NCBI GenBank assembly: GCA_951406725.2 | Contig: OX597833.1 | Location: 73,498,532-73,562,531 of the forward strand | Direction: 5' to 3' | Source: Octopus vulgaris | Taxonomy: Eukaryota | DNA: 64,000 nt | Shown here: positions 38,330 to 50,111 of the stretch, piece by piece | Layout: each line of letters starts with the position of its first letter | How positions within the stretch are numbered: the stretch's first letter is position 1 | Made by a program: the position numbers and the translations under genes | Notes under the pieces: generated by a model | Database searches by the model: none | What the model saw: the letters and a program-made list of their open reading frames with translations, nothing else | What the model was told of the DNA's origin: nothing

Positions 38330-40798
38330 AGAGAGTATTCTCTATGAAAGTAAGTAAAAAAATCCACCAGATATGGTACTAAAAGTTGTTAAGGAAATTG
38401 GAGAGGTGCATTTACAGCAGCGTAATGAAGCCATAGTCTGGCAGATTAATTCTGCCAGTCTCTATGCCTTGCCTACTATTGCAAAATAGTACATGAACGA
38501 CTTTAAAAAAGTGAACAAAACCAAAACAATGAAGAAAGTGCCGTCATGAGTTCTGAAGACAGAGAGATGGTTGTTGATTTACGGAAGAGCGTCAGCCATG
38601 TGATGATGCTTCTTGCGTGCAAACAAGCAAATCACTATACAGCTCACCAACAAAAAATGAAGAAGGAAATACAAGCTTAAAGTTGTTAGAATCAGAAGAT
38701 TCCGACATCAGAAGAGAATAACCAAGAAAAAAATGATAAACAAAAAATTTAAACAGAGCAGGTAGCAGTATAGAGAGAGATGAGAGGAGAAGCAGTGAAT
38801 ATCACAGAAGCTCCTTCACGAGAAGACATGGACACCTTCTGAAGGAACATCTGGAGTGTAGAGAAGGAATTTAACCGTTCTGTATTTGGAAGGAATTCAA
38901 AGAAGTTATTATTCCTGCATTACACCCAGGTCACACAGCATTGATAGTGATACCCTTGTAGCTGTGATCCAGTTTCTGTGAGAATAGTCAAAGCTATAGC
39001 TGACCTGACTTCATCGTGGACCACCATCTTGAAGGATGGTGGTTCATGATGCAAGGAGTAGTTGTATTATCACTGATAGAATCCAGTATTGCAGAGGTGT
39101 ATTCCAAGGGGACAGCCTTTCTGTGATGTTGTTTATACTTTCTGTAAACCCCTGGTCATTCATGTTAAGGAAGTCTGAAGGTTATCTCACCGGTTCACAA
39201 AGAAACAGAAAGACCAAAATTACAAACCGTTTCTTTGTGGATGACTTGAAACTATCTGCAAAAATTATGCATGAGATGAAAAGAGCCTTGTCCAGGTTAC
39301 AACATTTTCAAAGGATAGAGGGTTGAAGTTTGGTCAGAATAATTTTTGCTATATGGTTGTGAAAAGAGGGAAAAGAGTAAACCAGGCTAACAACACCATC
39401 AATGACTTAACTGTTTCCCCTGCATCTGACGAGGAATGTTACAGGTACATTGGGGTGGATGAAAACATATCTTACAATGGCACCTGAAACAAGACACATG
39501 TCACTAAAGAATATTACAGCCAGATAAGGAAAATATGGACCTCGGAACTCTCTGCATTCAATAAAACTGGCCCACAATGTGTTTGCAGTGCCAGGTGGAA
39601 TACCAGCATTTGGGCTACTTGATTGGACACTTGATGAGATTCAAGCCATTCCTGTGAAAATACAGAAGATACAAACCAGCACACATAACTTCCACATCAA
39701 CAGCAACATAGACTGCCTCTACCTAAACTGAAAACAAGGTAGCAAAGACTTAACATCGAACCAGACTGGCTTTGAATGTTCTATCATATCCCTTTGGCAA
39801 CATCTTTTAACCATCAAGTGTCGAAGTGCATCCCTTGACCAAGTTCGCATATATAAGGCTGATAACATCACAAGATTTGTAAAGCAGCTCCTTGAGCAGC
39901 ATTCCTTGTCTGATAACCTTAAATATATAGCCAAAAGAGTTGCACGACATATCATCAGATGAGAGGATGAGCATATATCAGCAGAACATACATGGATATT
40001 TTTGAAGAAAGCTCTGAGATGATAATAATATTGATCATCAAAACAGTCTATCATAGAGCAACAACTGGATTACTACTCCCACCTTGAAAGGTATGTATTA
40101 GCAATCCAGGAAGAGGAAATATCAACCAAATACCTGATGCACAAAATGGACAGAGACATGGGGAAAGCAGCAAAATGTGACAACCGAAGCAAACCTTGTG
40201 GAGTTAACACCAAAGATATCACCCACGTCATAAGCAGTTGTCTGAAAATGTCTTCACAGTATTATCTTCCAATGAGACATGGTGTGGCTAAGACACTGTA
40301 TAATGAGATCCATCTTAAGGATAACCCTGAAGCCAAAGAAATAAGAACCCACATTACAGTGGAAGCAATAGCCACTCATAATGAGGAGTGCTGGTAGAAT
40401 GTCCTAGTGGAAACCTCAATAAAATATGAACATAATAGACCTGACATAAGGATATGGGATAGAGAAGACAAACCGTGTACAGTTGGGGAAATCAGCTGCC
40501 CAGTGGATGTTAGCATAAAGATTAGTGAAAAAGAAACTGTTGAGGAGTTAGTTACTCTACCCAAATTACAAGTTCAGGCTTAAACCTGTATTTATTGGGG
40601 TACTGGAATAAGTAACACACTGCCTAACTACCAATCCTGAGAAATTAGGCTTCTCAAAACTAGAAAGGAGAAAGCCATCCCTCGAACTATAGAAATCTGT
40701 AAATCTTTCCAGAAGTTTAGCATTGAAGTCTATATGAACATGTCTAGACATGCAGCTATATGCATGAGAATACGTACTTAAAGCAAAACATACAAATC

Positions 40799-40838
<40 letters not shown>

Positions 40839-40960
40839 CATGCATGCATGCAAGCATACATACATAAATGCATATCCTGTTGATATTGTTGAAAGTCCAA
40901 TGAAGGAGCCCTGGATCTTTCGGCATGAAATCTTGAAAAAATAAAACTAAATAACGGCAT
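38330..40960 (+). mobile_element. R4/Dong-like (RLE) LINE, decayed and internally deleted
   Basis: RGVFQGDSLSVMLF, FFVDDLKL, YRYIGV, AIQEEEI, DITHVISSC, HNRPDIRIWD..EISCP. Confidence 0.85.
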
Positions 40961-41269
40961 ACATATATACATACGTACAGTGTGGCTCTCAACACACAGA
41001 TGAGGATGACCATCACTGAGAAATTATCTTGTCCTAGATGCTTCAGTCAATGTCTATCAGCTTGAAATGCTACTGTCACCATCACTGTAGCCGCTATTAT
41101 TGTTGTCATTGCTGTTATCAGCTGTACTGCTGCTCTTTAGGCTGTTACTCTGGCTACCAGTGGCAGTTACTACTTCAGCCTCATATACGACCACCACATC
41201 GACCCCCACCCCACCCCACTGGGTAGTCATTGTACACCCTACATGAACAACCTGCAGCTTACGGATGCT

Positions 41270-42380
41270 CACTAAAATTTTCTTAATGTTGGGCGTGCAC
41301 GTAGTCTCTCTAATGCTTTGACGGCCTAACCTTCAGCAAACTCGAATGCTTGATCAAGGTCAGACTCTCTCCAGAATCCCACAACCAGGCCGCTTTGCTC
41401 AAATTGCTTGGGGGTCTAGGTCTGCACAAGTGCTTGTCTCTATCTCTTCTCTGTTTTCTTTCCTCCACCCACATTTGATCCCCTTTAGTAAGCAACATAC
41501 TCTCCTCTCTAACATGGACTAGTTCCTATAGGGAGATGGATAAAGCTTTGTTGCAATGGAGAGAATTAGGTTTCTCAGTTCTTGTTACAGTTGATGATAG
41601 ACAGAAACAGAGAGTATGGTGCAATCTGCACTCGGGTGCTACTTTTTAAACTCTCTCCTTGATCAATCTAATCAATTTTCAAGGTGTCACCTACTTTCTG
41701 CTACTGCAAAATTTCCAGGGGACTTCATTGATGCTCTGTCTGTGGCCAACATTGGAGATCTATCCAGTCTAGATGAGCTCCACATCTCCATCACACTCAG
41801 AATGGGAGCTGCTGTCTGTAGGGGACAGAGATGTCATTGTGGTAGGTTCCTCAATTTCACAAGTCTTCACAGTCTGTCTTGCCATGTAAATGCTGGCCAT
41901 TTTGCACATCACACCATGCTAAACTTAATCATTCAGTGGGTCCTAGCTTGGGTTACTATCCCATTAGTTCTAGAGCTGGCTGGATTATCCAGAAGTGATG
42001 AGAAAAGTCCAAATGGTCTTACTCTCTGTCCCTGGGTAAAAGGTAGGTGTCTCAATTGGGACGCCATAGTCTGACTCCTTTGCTTCCTCCCACATCCTGG
42101 ATGCTGCAGTAAATGGGACGATCACTGCTTCCATAGCTGAATGGAAGAAAATCCTTAAGTGTAGCGACCTATCGGTGAACTGTCTCTTCCAGCTTGTGGT
42201 GTTGGAGACATTTGGAGGGTCTGGGCTGCTAATGGCAAAGTTCTTGTCATCGTTCGCAGCTTGCCTTACCAAGGTATCAGATGATGCCTGTGAGGGTGCT
42301 TGGCTGTTCCAACGCCTTATCCTCGCCATCGCCTGTGGTAATGCTGCAAGTATGTTGGCTCGCTTCAATAGGTTCCTTTG
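41270..42380 (+). mobile_element. CRE-clade non-LTR retrotransposon 3' part, decayed
   Basis: LGGLG, LRMGAAVC..CHCG..LHSLSC, SRSDEKSPNGLTLCPW..G..LNWD, ETFG, LFQRLILAIACGNAAS. Confidence 0.8.
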
Positions 42381-42559
42381 AACCTTGTGGTGTGAGACCA
42401 ATTGAAGCACTTGGCATTGCATTGGTGTTTTTCTTCTTGTTTTCTCTCTTTTTTGTTTTTCTTTTGTAAAATATATTCCTTTTCACTGAATTATTGCAAA
42501 AGTGTAACAAACAGAATATATATATTTCCAGATATTTCTTCCTTTCTATTGATATGTAT

Positions 42560-43590
42560 ATAGACCTGCTTTTTCAAGCCCCTGGATATGTGTTATTTAT
42601 TTATAAGCAATTAAACTGAAGTTGCATTAACTAAACAAAACGTCTGCATCTGGGTGACTGTGTGAAGTGTTTGTCCACCAATGTAAGGAATATTCTTCTC
42701 ACACAGGTTTTAACATTTAGAGACAAGGGTAGGGGTGCCAGGGCCTGGCATATAGATGTGTTCCTGAAACCCACTGGAAGCTAGAGCGTTTTTGTATTAT
42801 GGGGCTGCAGCATCGAAAATCTCTTGACTTGAGGACAAATTCGAGATTCCCTTGCCAACATCCTTCACTAGGTTGTTGAACACGATAGGCAGGTGACAGG
42901 AGTTTGTTTTAATGGAGCACAGCGTCTCATTTGTTTTATGGTAGGGTTTGTAAGAACAGGAGCTCAGATCTAATGTAGCGTCTAAAAAGTTTACAATGGT
43001 GAGTTTGGTCTCTAGTGTTATCTTGAGCCCCATGGAGCTAAGGGTGCTAGTTAGGTCCTTCCTAATCCTATCAAGAGTATGCCCATTAGCTCCTCTAGAG
43101 CATCATCTCTATAGAGACCAAAGAGAATGGATAGGAAGCTTTTCTTTAAGGTGTCTAAAATATATAGCCCTATAATGTTGCATATGTCCACGCTGTCGTA
43201 GGCTCCCATCACTACATCAAAAGAGTCCCCTGAATCAATTTTTTAAACAGCTGTGCTTCTCTGGCCTGCATAACTGCACCAATGTCCCTATCATTAATGT
43301 CAATGAAGCCCTTAGCAAAAGTAAATACCTTTACCAGCCGCCTTTTCAATATAGACAAGTAAAAATTGACTGTATCGAATTGGGTGAACCTTGCCCTGCC
43401 TCTAGCCTGGTTGGTTTTATCCCATGAAATTACTTCATTGGTGCTCCGCCATAAGGAGAGATTGGAAGCCCCACCTTGTGTGATCGTTGAGTTTTCTTAG
43501 TATGTGTTTGCACACCAGACCAACCTCTAATTTGGCTGGGTTGATCAGGTGGCACTTGCTGTGAGAGACAAAGTCTGGTTTATGGTGTAT
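42560..43590 (-). mobile_element. Penelope-like RT fragment, decayed
   Basis: FDVVMGAYDS, GLYRDD, GLKITLETKLTIVNFLDATLDL..YKPYHK. Confidence 0.85.
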
Positions 43591-44049
43591 AATGGTGATA
43601 AAAGCATTCTTCTTGGTTTTAACTTTCTACCATGTCAGCTGTACCCAGATTGTTAGCTGTTTGGCTTCACTGTTAATGCTGTTGTATGTGTGTGTGTGTG
43701 TGGCTTCCCCCCACACACACACCAAGATCCTTATCCAGAAAGTTATCTCTTTTTTATATGCAGGCTTATATGGGAAACAAACCACTTTTATAAACAAAAA
43801 AATCAAATTAAGGGAGAAGGAACTAAAGTATAAGGAATAACTACCTGAAACGGGAAATGAAATCTCGTATATTTCACCAGAAAACCCCCATCTAAATGGC
43901 TTTGACTTAATATATACATATATATAACCACACATACACATACATGTGTATGTGTGTGCGTGTGTGTGTGTCTACTCCTTTTCTCTTAATTTTTAGTTTA
44001 ATTGTCACCAGTGACAAGGGGAGTAAAGAAAAGGAAATTGTTGTCGTCT

Positions 44050-44320
44050 CTTGTGTAAATGGTCATCCTTTGTATCATCAGAATGTTTAACAAATTTTGA
44101 AGGTTCCAGATATCGCAGTCTTTTGAAGCTTATGAATTAAGGAGCCATGTTCCTCCTTCACGAATCCAAGTGATACTTTGGTCCAGTCTGGTTGCGATAT
44201 AACCTGGAGCACCGACAATAACAGGTACGAAGTTAAACGTGTATCTTGGATACCAGATTTCCAAACTTCACATCAACGATCCATATGAATCCTTTTCTTG
44301 TATTTTTCTTACCACATGTA
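44050..44320 (-). mobile_element. Third R4/Dong-like 3' fragment
   Basis: EKDSYGSL..LEIWYPRYTFNFVPVIVGAPGY...KLQKTAISGTFKIC. Confidence 0.65.
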
Positions 44321-44326
44321 AGGAAT

Positions 44327-44593
44327 GGTATGGAAGCAGTCGGCTCGTTCACCGTGTATAACTTTTCTCAACTTCAGTAAGCACTGACAACAGAGTATAT
44401 ACAAATGGGGCATTAAACTAGTTAAGACTAACGACAATCCTCGGGTCTAATCTCAAAGGTGTCTAATATACCAAATTTGAACATTTTCACTTAATTTTAA
44501 AATTTCAAAAAGTGAAGGGAAACAGAAAAGGTCCAAGCCGGGTTTTTTTTTTTTTCAAATAAATTCACGAGCGAAATACGTGGGCAGAACTAA
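44327..44593 (+). mobile_element. Helitron-like repeat at the duplication junction (chimeric)
   Basis: 5' half is a diverged match to 7435-7570; 3' half is near-identical to 17303-17429 including the hairpin and CTAA|T. Confidence 0.5.
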
Positions 44594-47533
44594 TGTACAT
44601 TCAAATAAAAACAGCATTTGTGTCACCTACTTTTACTTTTTCTTATTTTAAATATTTGTCATGTTTAACAAAAGGCACCAATCTTCCATTGTTCCGTTGT
44701 ATCACAAACACATTACTTACGTAAAATAGTTTAAACACTTTCTACGTATTTCCTCTTCAATAACTATGAACCACTTTCTTTATATTATGTACTAAGTTAT
44801 ATTACAGAAGATCTCTAACCACCAAGCTCCTTGCTTCATGTTATTGCATTCAATTATTTCCATGAAGACATTTAATCACTAACGATGCCGGCGATGTAAA
44901 AAATATATGAAAACTGAAATATATTAATATTTGGTCCCTCTTGTCTTCACATGCAGCCAGCCAAACTACTGGGAAATTCCAACGAAGTGTTAATTATCAA
45001 AGCCCGCACACTTAACCTCCATTCATGCACATATAACTAATTGAAGTACGTGTAGTGTACATTTGTAACGAGTTTTGACATGGTCAGTTACTGTAGCAGT
45101 TCAATACTGTTTAGAACGAACAAATAATACTTTTTAAATGTACCAGTTTCACTTTCTCAAACTAACAAGTGTGGACGGGTCAATAGCTTCTGTGCTCCCA
45201 CTGCAGTAGGCATCCGTTGATTTCAAGGGACCACGGATGTGTGCCTGAGAATTTGTGTTAGCTGTTGATAGTGGTGCCACATCTGCTGTGGTGGCTGTAC
45301 AGGCTTACATGCGAGTGGCAGTCACACAGACAATGGCTGCATTCGAAGAAGCCCTCTGCCATCACTATTGATCCGTTGTGGTAAGTTCCAGGTTCTCTTC
45401 CCCTCACTTCATTCTCTTTTTGCAGTTTTTGGCTCCAGTATGGGCAGTCATTTGCAACCTCCTCCCATTTCTGGATGTCCACATCTATTAACTTCATCTC
45501 TCTCTCTCTTGCTGATGTCCTTGTCCGAAGAAAAGCTAGTTTTGTGTGTGTGTGTGCGCGCTTTGTGTTATCTATTAACTAATATCAGTGTAGTCCTTCG
45601 TTATTTGAAGTTGAGAATAAACCCCTAATTTATTGATAATTCAAATGTTTTATTACTAAAGATGGAATGGATACAGTTAGTTTACCAAATCAAAACCATT
45701 TTTTGCACATTTTTAAATTCCTGATTTCAAGGCAGATGACTCATATGGCTCAGCATCGTTTGTAACTCATCTGTTCTGTGGCACATCCTTAATGCCACAG
45801 CAGAGATGATGGATGGAGTTACTGCAACAGTAAATAAATGAAGTGAAACACTGAAATATTTTGTAGAATCTGCTAGATTGTATTTTCCAATCTGTGGCTT
45901 TTGAGACATTCTAGGGTCTGCGGATAACAGACAAGGTCTTTGACTTTGTTAGTGTCCTACTTCAAACATCAGATGGTGTTTGGGAAGTCACCTGGTTGTT
46001 TCTAGCATGTGTTATATTTGAGTGGGGTGTCTGTATACCCCTGGTTATTCACTGATTTCTTTTCTCTTTCTCATTTTTCTTACTATTTGCTTTTGTCAGT
46101 TATGTTCTTTTCCACTGGAGGAAAGTCGTCATCATTTAACACCTGTTTTCCATACTGGCATGGGTTAAACGGTTAGACAGGAACTGCTAACACCAACCAC
46201 TTTGTAGAGTGTAGTGGGTGCTTTTGTTATTGCACCGGTAACCGCGAGGCCACTATCTAACTTGCAAAATTGGTTAAGTGTACCCCTAATTCATGTTGTA
46301 GACATACAGGCAATCCTCAACATTGTTTCATTATAACATTCATGTGAAGTAATATAGAATAGTGTGAAATATAAATCCACCTAGGGTACCTAAAGTACAT
46401 ACCACAAAAATGAACTGTTGTTTACTATAATTTTTCCTTTCTTTTGGAACTTGTTTTCAATTCAGTAAAATAGAAAGAAATATATAAACGAGTTTGAACA
46501 ACAATACAAATCATTTTCTTTTTTTGTTTAGTTTTGTTTATCAATATTTAGCAAACAACATCAACATATTCATCATATACACAGGTTGGCTGCCTTGAAA
46601 CCAGCAGGCAGTGGTACCTACATGGTATCAGATTAAGGGCTTTATCAAAGGACACAGTATTTCAGTTTGAATACACTTAACACACCACATCTTCACTTCA
46701 AAATATTCCCTGTAAATCAATACAAATTGGTTAATGGAGAAAGAATAAACATTAATTGAAATATCCTGTGAAATTTTAATGGCTTTTGCACAAAAATTAC
46801 GTCACTGCTACTTGCAAAGAACTGGAATTTACAATTAAACACATTCACGTGTCTTGAGGTGATGGGTTGTCGAGATTGTCATTTTCTGGAGGTAAAGGAC
46901 CATGAGAATCCTTATTTTCATTTTGAAAGGTAATTACAATATCAAGAACTGGTGCAGATGATGATGATGCTGACGACAACATTCCAAAACATTGCTGCCT
47001 TGTCTACACAATAGACATAGAAGTTCAATTCCATCTGAGGCCAATGAGTCAAACGTTGTCCAGGGAATGCTTTTCTCCACACACTACATGAAACTTTAAA
47101 CTATGTCAATCTTTGAAACTGGGAAGCCAAACCTTACTATAACCACAATATAAAATATATTTAAACATATATTAGAACTATATAAAGTGTGTGCATTTTC
47201 CTTCTTTTATTTTATATACACACACATATATATACATACATATATACATACATATATATATAAATATATATATGTGTGTGTATATACTTTATTAAAAAGC
47301 AGCAAAAATATCACAAAAACTGTTACTCAGAGTTTCACGTTACCATTCATCAGACAGTTTTGTTTACATTCTAAACAAAACAATCCAGCAAACAGGAACA
47401 TGAAACTACGAGTAACAGTTTTTTGGATATTTTTGCTGCTTTTTAATAAAGCATATTCCTCAACCTCTGGTACTCGAGTACTATTTTTTCCACCTTCTTT
47501 CACATTTATGTGCTTACTCTGGTATATATATAT

Positions 47534-47584
<51 letters not shown>

Positions 47585-47586
<2 letters not shown>

Positions 47587-48174
47587 TTAATTGAGATTCT
47601 AGTGAATTCTAAAGAATTCACATGAATATGGTCCTTAACTAGGATGCACCGGATATCTATATGGTGTTAACCATACGACAAGTGGGGTGATTACAAATAG
47701 GAAAAAAGCAACAAGAATGGATTAAAATCTCGGTACGATCGTTTCGTACGAGGACATCTTTAATAAGCTACAAAAAATGCAGTGAATACAGATGGCTCGT
47801 ACTCGTCAGCCGAAAAAATATCAGAGAATTCCCAAACATCAAAAGGGGTAGATACAAAAGAGGTTGTAAGATTAACTGCATTGAAGAAAGTTCGATTCAT
47901 GGAGATCCAATTAAAGGTTTTAAACCTATAGAATTTATGCATGTCTACATATAGCTCATATTGGATATTTGATCAAGTTGTATGAAGAAATTTTCGGATA
48001 CAGACATGCAAAATTTCTGAAAATCCGAGTAAGAGGCAAAGTGACTGCCATATCATGTAGAGGAAAGTCTGAGTAAAAACATAGTGACTGTCATATCGTG
48101 TAGAGGAACAGATTGTTATTGAAATTTACAAGAATCGCAGATAAGTTCGATTTTTTTGAGATCCGATGAAAAAG

Positions 48175-48176
<2 letters not shown>
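47585..48176 (-). mobile_element. Penelope pLTR-like / retrozyme-like segment within (TA)n, complete only in copy B
   Basis: Non-coding; contains a hammerhead; copy A keeps only two pieces of it at 20434-20527. Confidence 0.6.
47728..47815 (-). ncRNA. Intact minimal type I hammerhead ribozyme (Penelope type)
   Basis: Minus strand tttcgg-CTGACGA-GTACGAG...CTCGTAC-GAAA-CGATCG-TA-ccgaga: full core, 7-bp stem II extended by catct/agatg, palindromic stem III ACGATCGT, GUA cleavage triplet. Confidence 0.85.
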
Positions 48177-48219
<43 letters not shown>

Positions 48220-50111
48220 TAGATAGATAGATAGATAGATGGATAGATAGATATGCACATATAGGTACAGGACATCACAAAACATAAACAACATGAAATA
48301 CAAAGGCAAGCCTGGTATGCGAACAATGAAAGAAACAAATGGAAGACAAGACAACTAACATAAAGAATGACCCTTCATCAGTTGTTGGGTGTTTATCTCC
48401 ACTCCATATTTCGAGCAATTCAGAACACTATGTGTCTTCGTTGTTTCATTTCGTTTGTTGTATGTCCAGTTTTTGTTACCAACTTTCACCTTCAGCAAAA
48501 ACCAAATTTTATTTCGGTTTCCAGGAGCAACTCTTTCTCGAAGAAACATATTGTCATGAATTGCTTGAAATATATGTATTATTATTATTATATATATTGG
48601 CATTCTTTAAATTATTTCTACACTCAGCTTTTTATTCGGTTGCTACATTTAGAATTCTGCAATCATGCACTGTATAGACATTTATGCTGCATTTCAGGAT
48701 TTTTAGTATAAACGATTGCATATCTACAATTTTCTTCATTTCAAGGAATATACTACCAACCTCTGCCAGCACTTTATCTGGAGAATGGATTTTCGAGTAT
48801 TTCCTTTGAAATAGTCTCAGTTTTGTTGTGAATTTGACAGTATTATGAGGACATCATCGCTGGGGAAAATAATCTAGGCAATTGCAAACAAATGTCTTCC
48901 AACGGTTAAGCCTGATCTCTTCTGTTCTTTGGAATATTCATTGGCTCTACACCCTTAATTTTTTACAAATTTATCACGTTTGTAATTTACCCCTGGATGT
49001 CTTTTTTAATCCATTTACAACTCCCAAGGCCAACACTATTTTTTCACTCTGGTACAGCAATTTCTTTTGGCATTTAAGTTCTTTTGGTGTCTTTAATAAC
49101 TTTGAGGTTTTTACTACTTTCACAATCGTAGCACCCTTGCTGTAACTCATGAGGACAACTGGGGATAAGTCTGATATAGAAGTTTCAAACGATGTCCCCA
49201 GAACAAAAACTAGTCCCCTCTATGGAAACCTGCAGAATGGTTAACCGTTCATTGCATGCAGGTATGTAAATATTGGAAAGGTACTGAGGTAAGGGTGCAT
49301 CGGTAGTAGAAACAAGATTTCTGTCAGTGAGGAAATTAAAAAAAACCATTCACCATGTTTCTGACAATATGGTGGTCACAAATTTCATGGAATATTGTTG
49401 TGTGGCCATCTTTGTCAAGTCCAAATACATCCCTTCTACTTTTGATTGGTAAAGTAGCTGTTTTCACATCCAATTCTAATGTGGCAGTATTTGTTCTTGG
49501 ACAGAATCTATATTGGGTTTCACACAAGTTATTTTACTCTTGGAACAGAATCAATTTGTGTTTGATGCTGAATTCTGTGATTTAACTGGTAGATGAAGTC
49601 AAAGATGCATGTCTATAATGTTTTGTGTTTGTCCTGCATCCTCATTTATGGCAAGAATATACAACAGCTTTTTTATTGCTAATGGGAATTTTAATGTTCT
49701 CCAGAAGATTTTGGAAAGAAACTAAAGGACTTTGGTTAGAGGATTTTTACATATTTTTAGGAGAATTGTTGGGAAGCAATCAGGGTCCGGTGCTGAGTTT
49801 ATATGTATTTTGTCTGAAACAGTTATTCCATCGATTTCTTCTACGTCCACGTAAGGCCATGCTATTGAAAGTCTTTGTTGGCTTAGTTGTGTACCAGGAA
49901 AATGGTGAAGATATTAGAAGAGTCAGATATGCCATTCAGTTCTTTATTCTTTTGAAATTTAGCTGTATTAACATTATCAAGACATGTCACTGATGTTCAA
50001 CTTCATCAGAGACACAGAAACCACCACAATAACAGCAGTAACTATCAGGTGGGACACTGACAAAATACAGCAGACACAGGAAAATGTTCTTCACAATTAT
50101 GAAAAAACAAA

